A stretch of DNA of 64,000 nucleotides, taken from assembly GCA_963818965.1 (NCBI GenBank), contig CAWFUG010000011.1, positions 64,001 to 128,000 of the forward strand, read 5' to 3'. The DNA comes from an uncultured Verrucomicrobiae bacterium (GTDB lineage Bacteria; Chlamydiota; Chlamydiia; Chlamydiales; Rhabdochlamydiaceae). The notes beneath the pieces were generated by a model, which did no database searches, was not told the origin of the DNA, and saw nothing but the letters and a program-made list of their open reading frames with translations. Positions 1-9,037 of the stretch are shown piece by piece (position 1 is the first letter of the stretch; each line of letters opens with the position of its first letter). A program made the position numbers and the translations under genes.

Positions 1-593
1 TACTCGATGCAAAAAAAATTTCCTGGGGCTGGTATGCAGAAGGATGGGACGATGCGCTCGCAGGAAAGGACTCTCATGATTTCCCCTGTCACCACCAAGC
101 ACCGAGCTATTTTCCCCAATTCGCCCCAAATACGGCAGGCAGAAAAGCCCACCTGTTCGACCTAAGAGAATTCCACCTGCAGCTCCAGCGCAATGAACTC
201 CCCGCCGTCTGTTTCATCCGCTCTCTCGACTCTCACAGCGAACACCCTGGCGAAGGCTCTCTTTTAGAAGGACTCAACTGGTGCGCCGATCTCATCGAAA
301 CGATCCAAAAAAGCCCTGCCTGGGATACCTGTGTGATCGTCGTCACCTATGACGAAAATGGAGGCCGTTGGGACCACGTCGCCCCTCCCATTGTCGATGC
401 GTTCGGCCCCGGCACCCGCATCCCCACCCTCATCATCTCCCCTTTTGCCAAAAAAGGATTTGTCGATAAGACCACCTACGAGACCGTCTCCATCCTCAAA
501 TTCATCGAAGAGCGGTGGGGCCTCCCCTCCCTCTCCCCCCGTGACGCCAACGCCAACAACCTTCTCAACGCATTCGACTTCTCTAAAGAATAG
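1..593 (+). CDS. phosphoesterase family protein (acid phosphatase AcpA / phospholipase C type), 5' end outside window
   Basis: Frame open from position 3 (LDAKKISWGWYAEGW); C-terminal motifs TYDENGGRWDHV, GPGTRIP and ISPFAKKGFVD. Confidence 0.85.
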   Translation, partial: LDAKKISWGWYAEGWDDALAGKDSHDFPCHHQAPSYFPQFAPNTAGRKAHLFDLREFHLQLQRNELPAVCFIRSLDSHSEHPGEGSLLEGLNWCADLIETIQKSPAWDTCVIVVTYDENGGRWDHVAPPIVDAFGPGTRIPTLIISPFAKKGFVDKTTYETVSILKFIEERWGLPSLSPRDANANNLLNAFDFSKE

Positions 594-614
594 CGAATAT
601 GCTATACTCTTCCT

Positions 615-1826
615 ATGCAAACTCAAAAAAGAATTGTCATTATCGGAGGCGGTGCCTCGGGGATTTTCGCAGCAGCCCTCTGTGCGGAAAAGATTCCCAA
701 TAGCCACATCTCTGTCTTAGAAAAGACGCGACAACTGCTCGCGAAGGTGCGCATTTCAGGCGGAGGCCGCTGCAATGTCACCCACGCACAGTTCGACCCA
801 AAACTCCTGAGTGGTTTTTATCCGAGAGGGCATAAAGAATTGCTCGGTCCCTTCCACCACTTCCAACCCAAAGACACCATCGCCTGGTTCCAATCGAAAG
901 GAGTCGCTCTTAAAACAGAAGAAGATGGGAGAATTTTCCCCACGACAGACCGCTCAGAGACCATCATCGACTGCCTCCTCCACGCCGCTCAGTCCAAGGG
1001 CGTAGAGATCCAATGCGAGACGAGCCTTCAATCGATACAAAAAAATAAGGAGGGATTCCTCCTCACCACTCAAAAACAAGAAATCTTAGAATGCGACGCC
1101 CTCATCCTCGCTACAGGAAGCTCTTCTCAAGGCCATGTTCTCGCCGCCTCTCTAGGCCATACGATCGTGCCCTCCGTCCCCTCTCTCTTCACCTTTAACG
1201 TCCCCACATCTGCTCTTCTCGATCTCTCGGGCATCGCCCTCTCCGACGTCCAGCTCACCCTAAAGGGAACGCATTTTAAACAAAGAGGCAACCTGCTCCT
1301 CACCCATTTCGGCTTCAGCGGCCCTGCAGCTCTTAAACTCTCCGCCTGGGCAGCCCGAGAGCTTCACGCATGCCACTATGAGACATCACTTCAGATCAAC
1401 TGGATCCCCGAATACACAAGCGATAGAGCCCTCGCCACCCTAAAAGCCTTAAACCCCTGTAAAACCCTCTACGCGCAAAACCACTTCTCCCTTCCAGCAC
1501 AACTCTGGAAACGCCTGCTCACACTCGCCGCCATCCCAGAATCCACACCCCTCAACCACATCTCCCACGCCAAACTCCACACCCTCGCCAACCAGCTAAC
1601 GGCAGACACCTATGCGATCAAAGGAAAAACCGCCTACAAGCACGAGTTCGTCACCTGCGGCGGCGTTTCCCTAAAAGAGGTCGATTTCAAGACAATGCAA
1701 AGCCGCCTCGTCCCCTCCCTCTTTTTCGTAGGCGAGATCTTAGACATCGACGGCGTTACCGGCGGCTTCAATTTCCAAAACGCTTGGACCACCGCCTTCC
1801 TCGCTGCCGAAGCCCTAAAATTTTAA
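615..1826 (+). CDS. NAD(P)/FAD-dependent oxidoreductase, HI0933/YhiN/BaiN family
   Basis: GGGASG, KVRISGGGRCNVT, VTCGGV, GEILDIDGVTGGFNFQ. Confidence 0.93.
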   Translation: MQTQKRIVIIGGGASGIFAAALCAEKIPNSHISVLEKTRQLLAKVRISGGGRCNVTHAQFDPKLLSGFYPRGHKELLGPFHHFQPKDTIAWFQSKGVALKTEEDGRIFPTTDRSETIIDCLLHAAQSKGVEIQCETSLQSIQKNKEGFLLTTQKQEILECDALILATGSSSQGHVLAASLGHTIVPSVPSLFTFNVPTSALLDLSGIALSDVQLTLKGTHFKQRGNLLLTHFGFSGPAALKLSAWAARELHACHYETSLQINWIPEYTSDRALATLKALNPCKTLYAQNHFSLPAQLWKRLLTLAAIPESTPLNHISHAKLHTLANQLTADTYAIKGKTAYKHEFVTCGGVSLKEVDFKTMQSRLVPSLFFVGEILDIDGVTGGFNFQNAWTTAFLAAEALKF

Positions 1827-1827
1827 T

Positions 1828-2160
1828 CTATGCCCCAGGAGGTGCGTCCTCTTTCTCCAGAGCAACTGGCTCTTCCCGCTCTTCCTCTGGTGCCTTCTTA
1901 GAATTGATCTTATTTACGGAAATAGTCATCTCGTGCTTAAAGCAACACTTGTAAATCGCTTTAAATATTTTTTCGAGCCTAGTCCCAATCGCTTCAAAAA
2001 ACCGAGACAGACCATCAGAGACCGTATCCGCACTGACCGTAATCGTCGAAGGGGTATCGGCAATGCCCCCTCTTTTTACATTGAGCTTTACATTCTGTGG
2101 TTCCTCTGTCGTTGTCACTTTTGGACTTGGCCCGACGCCACTTACATCTGGATAACCCAT
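1828..2160 (-). CDS. hypothetical protein
   Basis: 110-aa ATG ORF filling the gap, G-rich RBS-like sequence upstream; no motif recognised. Confidence 0.55.
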   Translation of the reverse strand: MGYPDVSGVGPSPKVTTTEEPQNVKLNVKRGGIADTPSTITVSADTVSDGLSRFFEAIGTRLEKIFKAIYKCCFKHEMTISVNKINSKKAPEEEREEPVALEKEDAPPGA

Positions 2161-2259
2161 ATAACCCCCACACGTTAAAAAATTCGTTCGATGGGAGGAG
2201 ATTCTAATTAAACAGGAGTTAATTTAACATCGTTTTTCTGCAAAAAGGAGCCCAAAAAA

Positions 2260-2562
2260 TTGGACCCACGCGTCAAACAAAGAGAAGAGGGGATCGTCAT
2301 CTCCATCAAAGTCATTCCCAAAGCCGCTCGTAGCGCCATCGTCGGTTGGGAGAATGAGCTACTAAAGGTGCGCCTAAAAGCTGTCCCCGAAAAGGGGGAA
2401 GCCAACCGAGAGCTCATCGCCTTCCTCGCTACCACCCTCCACTGTCCCAAATCCCACCTCACCCTCCTCTCTGGCGAAACGAGCCGCCACAAAAAAGTGC
2501 TCATCACCCATATGGATGAAGAAACGTTCTTGAGTAAAATTTTTCCAAAAAACGAAGCTTAA
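2260..2562 (+). CDS. DUF167/YggU family protein
   Basis: VIPKAARSAIVG, AVPEKGEANRELIAFLA, GETSRHK. Confidence 0.9.
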   Translation: MDPRVKQREEGIVISIKVIPKAARSAIVGWENELLKVRLKAVPEKGEANRELIAFLATTLHCPKSHLTLLSGETSRHKKVLITHMDEETFLSKIFPKNEA

Positions 2563-2636
2563 AGAACCACTACTTTTTCCATTGCAAAATCACAACCTAT
2601 GCGCTACGATTTCCCTTCTTTTTCCAGGAGGACACA

Positions 2637-3257
2637 GTGAATAAAACAGTCGGCATTTATCTATCGGGCAGCATCAAAAAGGGACACGAAAACCCGCAAG
2701 AGTCCTTTTGGACAGAAAGTGATATGACTCTACTGCGCAACAGCTTCCAGGAACATCAGGTTCTTTTTTTAAATCCCGCTTTTCGAACAGATGATCTCAC
2801 GGACCAACACTCTATATTCGGAAGAGACATGACACAGGTCTTTTGCTCTCACGTGGTTTTAGTCGATGCGCGCGATCGGAGAGGTCTCGGCGTAGGCGCT
2901 GAGATGATGTGGGCAAAAATCAACAAAATCCCCCTCGTCTCTTGGGCACCCAAAGAATCTCATTACAACAAAAGTAAAGCCACCCTTCTAGGAGTGTCTG
3001 TAGATAATTTCATCCACCCCTTTGTCTCTGGGCTCAGCGATCAGATCGTCGAGACTCTCGAAGAAGCGGCTATGTGGATTGAGAAAATGCTCTTAGATCC
3101 GTCCCTCGAAATTAAGGGAATCGAGCACATTCAAGCTGCCATGGCCTATTACCAAGAAAACCAATTGCCCACCGATTTGCCCATGCGCGAAATTTTAAGC
3201 TGCAATGCCCTCCAGCAGCGCTTCAAAAGACCTCTTCCGGAAGTCGCCCTGAATTAA
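2637..3257 (+). CDS. nucleoside 2-deoxyribosyltransferase-like protein
   Basis: IYLSGSI N-terminus, FLNP, D...D and GVGAEM pattern typical of the NDT-like fold; GGAGG RBS. Confidence 0.6.
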   Translation: MNKTVGIYLSGSIKKGHENPQESFWTESDMTLLRNSFQEHQVLFLNPAFRTDDLTDQHSIFGRDMTQVFCSHVVLVDARDRRGLGVGAEMMWAKINKIPLVSWAPKESHYNKSKATLLGVSVDNFIHPFVSGLSDQIVETLEEAAMWIEKMLLDPSLEIKGIEHIQAAMAYYQENQLPTDLPMREILSCNALQQRFKRPLPEVALN

Positions 3258-3267
3258 AGGAGAAAAA

Positions 3268-3603
3268 ATGAAAAAGTTTTTGGCCCTAGCTTGTCTATCC
3301 TTGAGTCAGATCCAAGCAGTAGAACACGAAGTCCAATTCGAAAACGATCGAGTCTTTGTTTCCAAGGTAGTCATAGGACCCAAAGAAGAGATCGGTCTCC
3401 ACCGCGATGCCTTACCCCAAATCGTCTTTGGAGTCAAAGGCGGGACAATCACGCGCTTAGAAGCAGACGGCAGAGAAGTCGCCGTTGCCTTTCCAACCGG
3501 CGCGTCTGTCTATCGCCCTGTCGATCCAGAAGGCGAGATGCATAGGAGCGTAAATAAATCAGACGCCCCGATCGAACTCCTCATCATCCAGCTGAAAAAA
3601 TAG
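3268..3603 (+). CDS. secreted cupin-fold protein
   Basis: Signal-peptide-like N-terminus; FENDRV, LHRD and H..VN cupin pattern. Confidence 0.7.
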   Translation: MKKFLALACLSLSQIQAVEHEVQFENDRVFVSKVVIGPKEEIGLHRDALPQIVFGVKGGTITRLEADGREVAVAFPTGASVYRPVDPEGEMHRSVNKSDAPIELLIIQLKK

Positions 3604-3658
3604 ACAACTTTTGTCCAGCAGTCTGTTGGACAATTTTTAATCTCGCAAACTGAAAAAA

Positions 3659-4777
3659 ATGAAACGAGCCCTAATAAAGTTACTCTTGTTTCCTGTTGTT
3701 GCAATACAGGGTTACGCATATGAGCTTCAAAAAGACTGGCCCGAAGTTCCAGAAATCGAACAACGTTTCATTGACAATCCCTGCGATACCCATCATCAGA
3801 TTGAAGTGTTCACTCTCAAACCGAGAGGAACAGGCCCCTTTCCAGTCGTTTTTTTATTGCACGGCCATCAACCTCCCGACCATAGCACGGGAGGGAAACA
3901 ACTCATCGAGTTAGGTTACCTTCATCCTTTTGTAAGAGAGGGTGTGATAGCCGTTGCTATTTCCATCCCAGGATTTGGCCATTCTGATGGGGATAGAGAT
4001 TTTTCAGGACCTAATTCTCAAAAGGTCGTTGCAGCTGTAGTTGACCATTTTATGCAATTTCCCTTTGTGGATCCCCAAAAAATGGGAATTTACGGGATCA
4101 GTAAAGGAGCCACTCTTGCTAGCATGGTCCACAAGTACACTCCCACCCTTTTACTACAAATTTTGGAAGCGGGTTGGTATGACCTGACCACTTGTAGTTC
4201 CTTAATGCCCGATTATCTCGAGAAAATTAAAGAAAACATAGTCATCGAAACCGGTGGATCAAAGGACAGCTTAATAGAGAGATCCGCAATCTACAATACC
4301 CAACACATCCACTGCAAAACGTTAATTCTTTTGGGCGAATTTGACGATCGAAGGACCCTCCCCTCTTCTGTCGCATTACATGACAAGCTCATTTCAGAAG
4401 AAAAAGACAGCCAACTCATCATCTACCCAAATGAACTCCATTGTTTGTCAGAAGACAAATGGAGTGCGGTTATTTCCTTTGTTAGAAAACAGTTCTTTGG
4501 CCTCTATGGCATTGGAATTAATCTTTCGCTGATCATGCCTGCCATTCACGTGGCAAAAATTCACCCCAACTCCCCTGCCGCCTTATCAAAAGCACTCCAT
4601 GTGGGGGATGTCATCCTGCGTATTTCCCCCAATAACGATGAGGAAGAAATCGACGTATTGCGCATGCCCATCCCTCAAGTGGCAGCACTGATTTTGGGAA
4701 AGAAAGGGACTGCCGTTCGTCTTCATGTCCAGCACTTCGATAAAACTCATGAAGATATCGTGATCGAGAGAGGATGA
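3659..4777 (+). CDS. secreted alpha/beta hydrolase (S9-like peptidase) with C-terminal PDZ domain
   Basis: LLHG, GISKG nucleophile elbow, GEFDDR, H; C-terminal GIGI...SPAA..LHVGDVI PDZ signature. Confidence 0.8.
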   Translation: MKRALIKLLLFPVVAIQGYAYELQKDWPEVPEIEQRFIDNPCDTHHQIEVFTLKPRGTGPFPVVFLLHGHQPPDHSTGGKQLIELGYLHPFVREGVIAVAISIPGFGHSDGDRDFSGPNSQKVVAAVVDHFMQFPFVDPQKMGIYGISKGATLASMVHKYTPTLLLQILEAGWYDLTTCSSLMPDYLEKIKENIVIETGGSKDSLIERSAIYNTQHIHCKTLILLGEFDDRRTLPSSVALHDKLISEEKDSQLIIYPNELHCLSEDKWSAVISFVRKQFFGLYGIGINLSLIMPAIHVAKIHPNSPAALSKALHVGDVILRISPNNDEEEIDVLRMPIPQVAALILGKKGTAVRLHVQHFDKTHEDIVIERG

Positions 4778-4916
4778 AAAAAGTTCTGATGGGAAAATTG
4801 AACTAGATACGAGTACAGCTTCTACCGTGAAGACTCTGGACGTAACAGTTGCATACAACTCTATCCCATGCTATCCTCGCTGGCCGAAGGCCAAATCCCT
4901 CTCCCAAAGAAAACCT

Positions 4917-5897
4917 ATGTCAGACGTGATCCAAGTTACCGACCTGTGCAAGAATTTTGTCGTCCGTCAAAATTTTCCTGGGATTTGGGGCGCCTTTAAG
5001 GGACTTTTCTGCGGGAAAAACCTCCCCCTACCCGCGATCAAGAGCTTATCTTTTTCCATCGCACAAGGGGAACGCGTTGCCTTCATCGGACCGAATGGCG
5101 CTGGAAAGTCGACGACGATTAAAATGCTGACCGGCATCCTCCACCCTTCCTCTGGGAAGATCGAGGTGTTAGGACTCGTTCCTTGGAAAGACCGGCACAA
5201 GCTGGGCTATCGCATCGGAACTGTTTTCGGACAGCGCACGCAGCTATGGTACCACTTGCCTCCTGCCGACACCTTCGATTTGTTGGCGAAAATCTACGAA
5301 ATCGAACACGGTGTTTATCAAAAACGGCTGAAAGAACTCATAGAAGTCTTCGAAATCACTCCCTTTCTCCACAAACCCGTCCGCCAGCTCTCTTTGGGAG
5401 AACGGATGCGCTGCGAACTCGTCGCATCTCTCCTGCACAACCCCTCCATTCTCTTTCTCGATGAGCCCACCATCGGTCTAGATATCAATGCCAAATTAAA
5501 GATTCGGGCCCTGCTTAATAAGTTGTCTCACGACTATGGAACCACCCTCTTTTTAACCTCCCATGACACAGCGGACATCGAACAGGTCTGCGAGCGCGTC
5601 ATCGTTTTGGATCAAGGCACGATCATTCGAGATAGTTCCCTCAAAGAGCTGAAGAGAACGTATACCAAAAAGAAAATCCTCACCCTCATCACAGATGTCG
5701 AAAAAATCTCCTTGAACTTGCCGGGGGTGAAGATCTTAGAAAATGATCATTACCAGTTCATCTGCGAGGTCGATGTGACAGAGACTCCTATCGACCACGT
5801 CATTCAAGAGGCCTTAAAACGCACAGGCATCAAAGACATCACCATCGAAGATCCTTCCATGGAAGAGATCATCCGCACACTCTACGCACAGGAGTGA
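4917..5897 (+). CDS. ABC transporter ATP-binding protein
   Basis: GPNGAGKS, LSLGERMR, FLDEPT; ATG at 4917 preferred over upstream GTG. Confidence 0.93.
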   Translation: MSDVIQVTDLCKNFVVRQNFPGIWGAFKGLFCGKNLPLPAIKSLSFSIAQGERVAFIGPNGAGKSTTIKMLTGILHPSSGKIEVLGLVPWKDRHKLGYRIGTVFGQRTQLWYHLPPADTFDLLAKIYEIEHGVYQKRLKELIEVFEITPFLHKPVRQLSLGERMRCELVASLLHNPSILFLDEPTIGLDINAKLKIRALLNKLSHDYGTTLFLTSHDTADIEQVCERVIVLDQGTIIRDSSLKELKRTYTKKKILTLITDVEKISLNLPGVKILENDHYQFICEVDVTETPIDHVIQEALKRTGIKDITIEDPSMEEIIRTLYAQE

Positions 5898-6679
5898 AGA
5901 TGGGAAAATACCTGAAGATCTTCAGCCTAGCCGTGATCCATAGCCTTAAGAACTACAAAGCCCTGATCGGCTTGAGCATTTTTCTCATCACCTGCCTCAT
6001 CATCTTCGCCCACATTTGGAAAATCGCTGCCACTAAAACAGGAGCCATCGCCTTCCATCCCGATCAACTGCTCTGGTACATCGCTCTGAACGAATGGGTC
6101 CTCATCTCTTTTCCCGACATCCAAGAAGATATGGAACAAGATTTGCGCAGCGGCAGACTGGCGTATCTCCTCCCCCGACCGATCTCCTACCTAGCCTCTG
6201 TCTTTTGCGAAGGTCTCGGCATCCTGTGCACCAACCTCTTTGTATTGGGAATCGTGACATTTTGTTTTACCTGGATCCGCATTGGCGACGTCCCCTTCCA
6301 GCTGAGCGCCCTTCCCCTCATCATAGCCCTAGGTTTCCTCGCCGGCTGCGTGGGACTCCTTTTCCAGATGCTCATCGGATTATCGGCCTTTTGGTTGCAA
6401 CAGGTCGGCCCTTTTCATTGGATATGGGAAAAACTCCTACTCACCTTAGGCGGGCTCATGCTTCCGCTCGCCATCTACCCCCTGTGGCTACAAAAAATTG
6501 CCTACCTCACACCCTTTCCCGCCATTTTGGGTCAGAGAAGCGCCCTTGCCATCGATTTCAATCTCTCCGACGCCCTTCAGATAATGAACACTCTAATCCT
6601 CTGGGGACTTCTGGCATTCTTTGGCCTCATCCTCCTCTACCGCAGAGGCCTTCGCATTGTAAATGTAGCAGGAGGCTAG
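5894..6679 (+). CDS. ABC-2 family permease (DUF990-like)
   Basis: Multiple TM segments, G.LAYLLPRP, GG...PL..YP; coupled to the ATPase gene. Confidence 0.85.
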   Translation: MKMGKYLKIFSLAVIHSLKNYKALIGLSIFLITCLIIFAHIWKIAATKTGAIAFHPDQLLWYIALNEWVLISFPDIQEDMEQDLRSGRLAYLLPRPISYLASVFCEGLGILCTNLFVLGIVTFCFTWIRIGDVPFQLSALPLIIALGFLAGCVGLLFQMLIGLSAFWLQQVGPFHWIWEKLLLTLGGLMLPLAIYPLWLQKIAYLTPFPAILGQRSALAIDFNLSDALQIMNTLILWGLLAFFGLILLYRRGLRIVNVAGG

Positions 6680-7462
6680 ATGAACACACTTAAGTTCTTC
6701 GCAGCTCTTCTGCGCACCAGCATCCGCGCTTCGATCAGCGTCCGCGGCGCTTTTCTCTTAGAATCAGCACTGATGATCGCAAACAATCTGATCTTCGTAC
6801 TCATGTGGTGGATTTTTTTTAGGCAATTTCGAGAAATCGGCGGCTGGACACTGAAGGACATGATCGCTCTAAACGCGATTGGAATGGGAGCCTATGGCCT
6901 CATGCTCATCTGTTTCGGTGGAGTCAAGCAACTCTCTAGGATCCTCCTCAATGGCGATCTCGATCCCTTCATGACACAACCTAAAAACTTGCTGCTCCAC
7001 CTCATTTGCTCTAGATCCCTTTCCAGGGGATGGGGACTTTTGATGACAACCGCTATTCTGCTCATTTCAACCCACCTAACGAGCCCCTTCACACTCTTCT
7101 TAGTTGCCCTCAGTATGATCTGCGGCTGCTTGGTCTTTACCTCTATCGGAATCATGGCCCATAGCCTAGTCTTCTGGCTAGGTCCCGTAGAAAGCGTCTC
7201 CAGAAAGTACTGCGATTCCCTCATCATCTTCGTCCTCTACCCTTCCAACATCTACTCCGGCATCCTGCAATTCCTGATGTTCACCCTCATCCCCGCCGGC
7301 ATCATCGGCTACATCCCCGTCGAATTACTGCGCCATTTCTCCTGGCCCAACCTAGCCATCCTCATCGGCAGCTCCGCCGCCTTTTTCGCTCTGGCGTTTA
7401 CCGTTTTCTCCCTAGGCCTAAAAAGATACGAATCGGGCAACCAGTTCGGCATGCGCCTCTGA
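6680..7462 (+). CDS. ABC-2 family permease (DUF990-like)
   Basis: GGW, GDLD.FMTQP, YP..IY, GLKRYES. Confidence 0.85.
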   Translation: MNTLKFFAALLRTSIRASISVRGAFLLESALMIANNLIFVLMWWIFFRQFREIGGWTLKDMIALNAIGMGAYGLMLICFGGVKQLSRILLNGDLDPFMTQPKNLLLHLICSRSLSRGWGLLMTTAILLISTHLTSPFTLFLVALSMICGCLVFTSIGIMAHSLVFWLGPVESVSRKYCDSLIIFVLYPSNIYSGILQFLMFTLIPAGIIGYIPVELLRHFSWPNLAILIGSSAAFFALAFTVFSLGLKRYESGNQFGMRL

Positions 7463-7578
7463 CTATAGAAAATTTCCTTTAAATCTATAATAGTTCTCTG
7501 TAAATTGGACGCGAAATTCATGTTTGGGCTTACCTGAACTTCAAGATATATACTCAATGACATGCAAAAAAACAGGCC

Positions 7579-7607
7579 TTGACAAAGCACATAGATATAT
7601 GTACACT
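7579..7607 (+). promoter_or_regulatory. sigma66/sigma70-type promoter of hicAB with an overlapping palindrome
   Basis: TTGACA-17 bp-TACACT; ACATA-GATA-TATGT inverted repeat in the spacer (possible HicB operator). Confidence 0.7.
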
Positions 7608-7622
7608 TAAGGAAAGTGGGAG

Positions 7623-7805
7623 ATGAAAAAAGCGGATCTTGAAAAGCAACTCTCCAAATACGGCTGGAAATTTGCTCGCCATGGGGGGAACCATGATATA
7701 TGGACAAATGGAGAGAAGCACGAGGCTATTCCTAGACATCGAGAGATTAAAGAATACACTGCGAAGAAAATACTAAAAACAGCCCAAGACAACCCTCCTA
7801 AATAA
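7623..7805 (+). CDS. hicA: HicA family toxin
   Basis: GW...RHGGNHDIW, IPRHREI; 60 aa. Confidence 0.92.
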   Translation: MKKADLEKQLSKYGWKFARHGGNHDIWTNGEKHEAIPRHREIKEYTAKKILKTAQDNPPK

Positions 7806-7820
7806 CTCATAGGATTTTTA

Positions 7821-8249
7821 ATGGAATTAGAAGGAAGAGTTTGGAAAGATGGAAGATGGTGGATTATCGAAGTTCCTTGTCTGAATATCACAACTCAAGG
7901 AAAAACGAAAAAAAATGCATTTGTAATGATTCAAGATGCTGTGCTCGAACTTATGACAAGTTATTTCAACAATCTGAATGAAAAATTCGAAATATCTGTT
8001 CATGAATACAACGGAGATTGCTTCGGGTTGACTTCCAATAATAACAATCTTCTTCTGTCGTTTCTTCTCATAAGACAAAGAGAAGAGAGCGGCTTGAGTA
8101 TTCGTGAAGTAGCTAAACGTCTTTCAGCTAAGAGTCCAAATACCTATGCCCAGTATGAAAAAGGCAAAATCAGTTTTTCAATAGATCAATACGAAAAACT
8201 CATACACGCCATTAATCCCAGCCGAACCACGGTTTTAAGAGTGGTATAA
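7821..8249 (+). CDS. hicB: HicB family antitoxin with C-terminal HTH
   Basis: VP.L...TQGKT...A..MIQDA HicB motif plus XRE-like HTH. Confidence 0.88.
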   Translation: MELEGRVWKDGRWWIIEVPCLNITTQGKTKKNAFVMIQDAVLELMTSYFNNLNEKFEISVHEYNGDCFGLTSNNNNLLLSFLLIRQREESGLSIREVAKRLSAKSPNTYAQYEKGKISFSIDQYEKLIHAINPSRTTVLRVV

Positions 8250-8273
8250 AGCCTGAGTCAAGGTCTAAAAAAC

Positions 8274-8303
8274 AACCATTTTGGTGACGTCACCAAAATG
8301 GTT
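8274..8303. repeat. perfect 30-bp palindrome, possible DinD/BRO gene remnant
   Basis: AACCATTTTGGTGACGTCACCAAAATGGTT; reads NHFGDVTKMV. Confidence 0.7.
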
Positions 8304-8307
8304 AGGT

Positions 8308-8476
8308 TATACCCCGCGCGCTTAGGAATGGTGCATTTGAGCGCGTCAAAGCCCCGCGATTCCACGATCGAAGAGGGGGTCTGTATTTTTCTTCAATACA
8401 GGCCCCCTCTTCGATCGTGGAATCGCGGGAGCTGATCAAAGGCTCAAATGCACCATTCCTAAGCGCGCGGGGTATA
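8308..8476. mobile_element. palindromic MITE family A, subfamily A1, intergenic copy
   Basis: 169 bp from TATA to TATA with long terminal and internal inverted repeats; core homologous to the copies at 53942 and 59046. Confidence 0.92.
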
Positions 8477-8502
8477 GACTCCGGAAGCAAAAAAGAAGTC
8501 CC

Positions 8503-8610
8503 CGCACAGAGCATGGGCAGAAAATTGTCGTATCGCTGATACGACAATTGAGCTGGACTCATTTTATTGCCCTAATCCCCATCAAGCACGACATGAAGAG
8601 CGAATATTGC
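8503..8610 (+). pseudogene. YhcG/DUF1016 N-terminal domain fragment
   Basis: Reads RTEHGQKIVVSLIRQLSWTHFIALIPIK; contains hairpin 8523-8549. Confidence 0.7.
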
Positions 8611-8743
8611 GAAAGGACTCAGCTGCTCTATCAGAGTGCAGGTAAGATGTTTTTCTCAAAAAAATTGCTGCACTACCACTTGTATTATTTTGCTCAAAAA
8701 AGTACTATCTCCGTGAATCTACAACACGTAAGAAGGAGTAAAG

Positions 8744-9037
8744 ATGAAAAGTCTACTTGTTTTAGGGTTAGCTCTCAGTACGTTTGCTTTTGGAAATGAA
8801 TCCACGTATTCAGACGGAAAAATGGTTGAAGGGAAATATTATCCTCATCTTGAAGCAATTCATGTAAAGCAAAGCGGTATCTTTGTCGACTTTGAGGGGG
8901 AAGAACATCGAGTTGATGGACTGCATTCCGATGGACGAGGTATTTATGTTGTACGCATGCCCGTTAATGAATGGAGATGCTCAAAGGGTCATGCCAATCC
9001 ACCATGGGCTGAGCGTTGCTTAACTTGCCGTGAATAA
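8744..9037 (+). CDS. small secreted protein with C-terminal Zn-ribbon-like motif
   Basis: AGGAG RBS, signal peptide, WRCSKGH...CLTC. Confidence 0.75.
   Translation: MKSLLVLGLALSTFAFGNESTYSDGKMVEGKYYPHLEAIHVKQSGIFVDFEGEEHRVDGLHSDGRGIYVVRMPVNEWRCSKGHANPPWAERCLTCRE

Noticed and set aside
7463..7560. Possible gene remnant upstream of hicA
   Set aside because: The short translation has a stop and no motif I can identify
8302..8562. 86-aa ORF resembling the aroA/rlmD insert peptide
   Set aside because: It is just an open frame through the family A element with a weak start; not a credible gene
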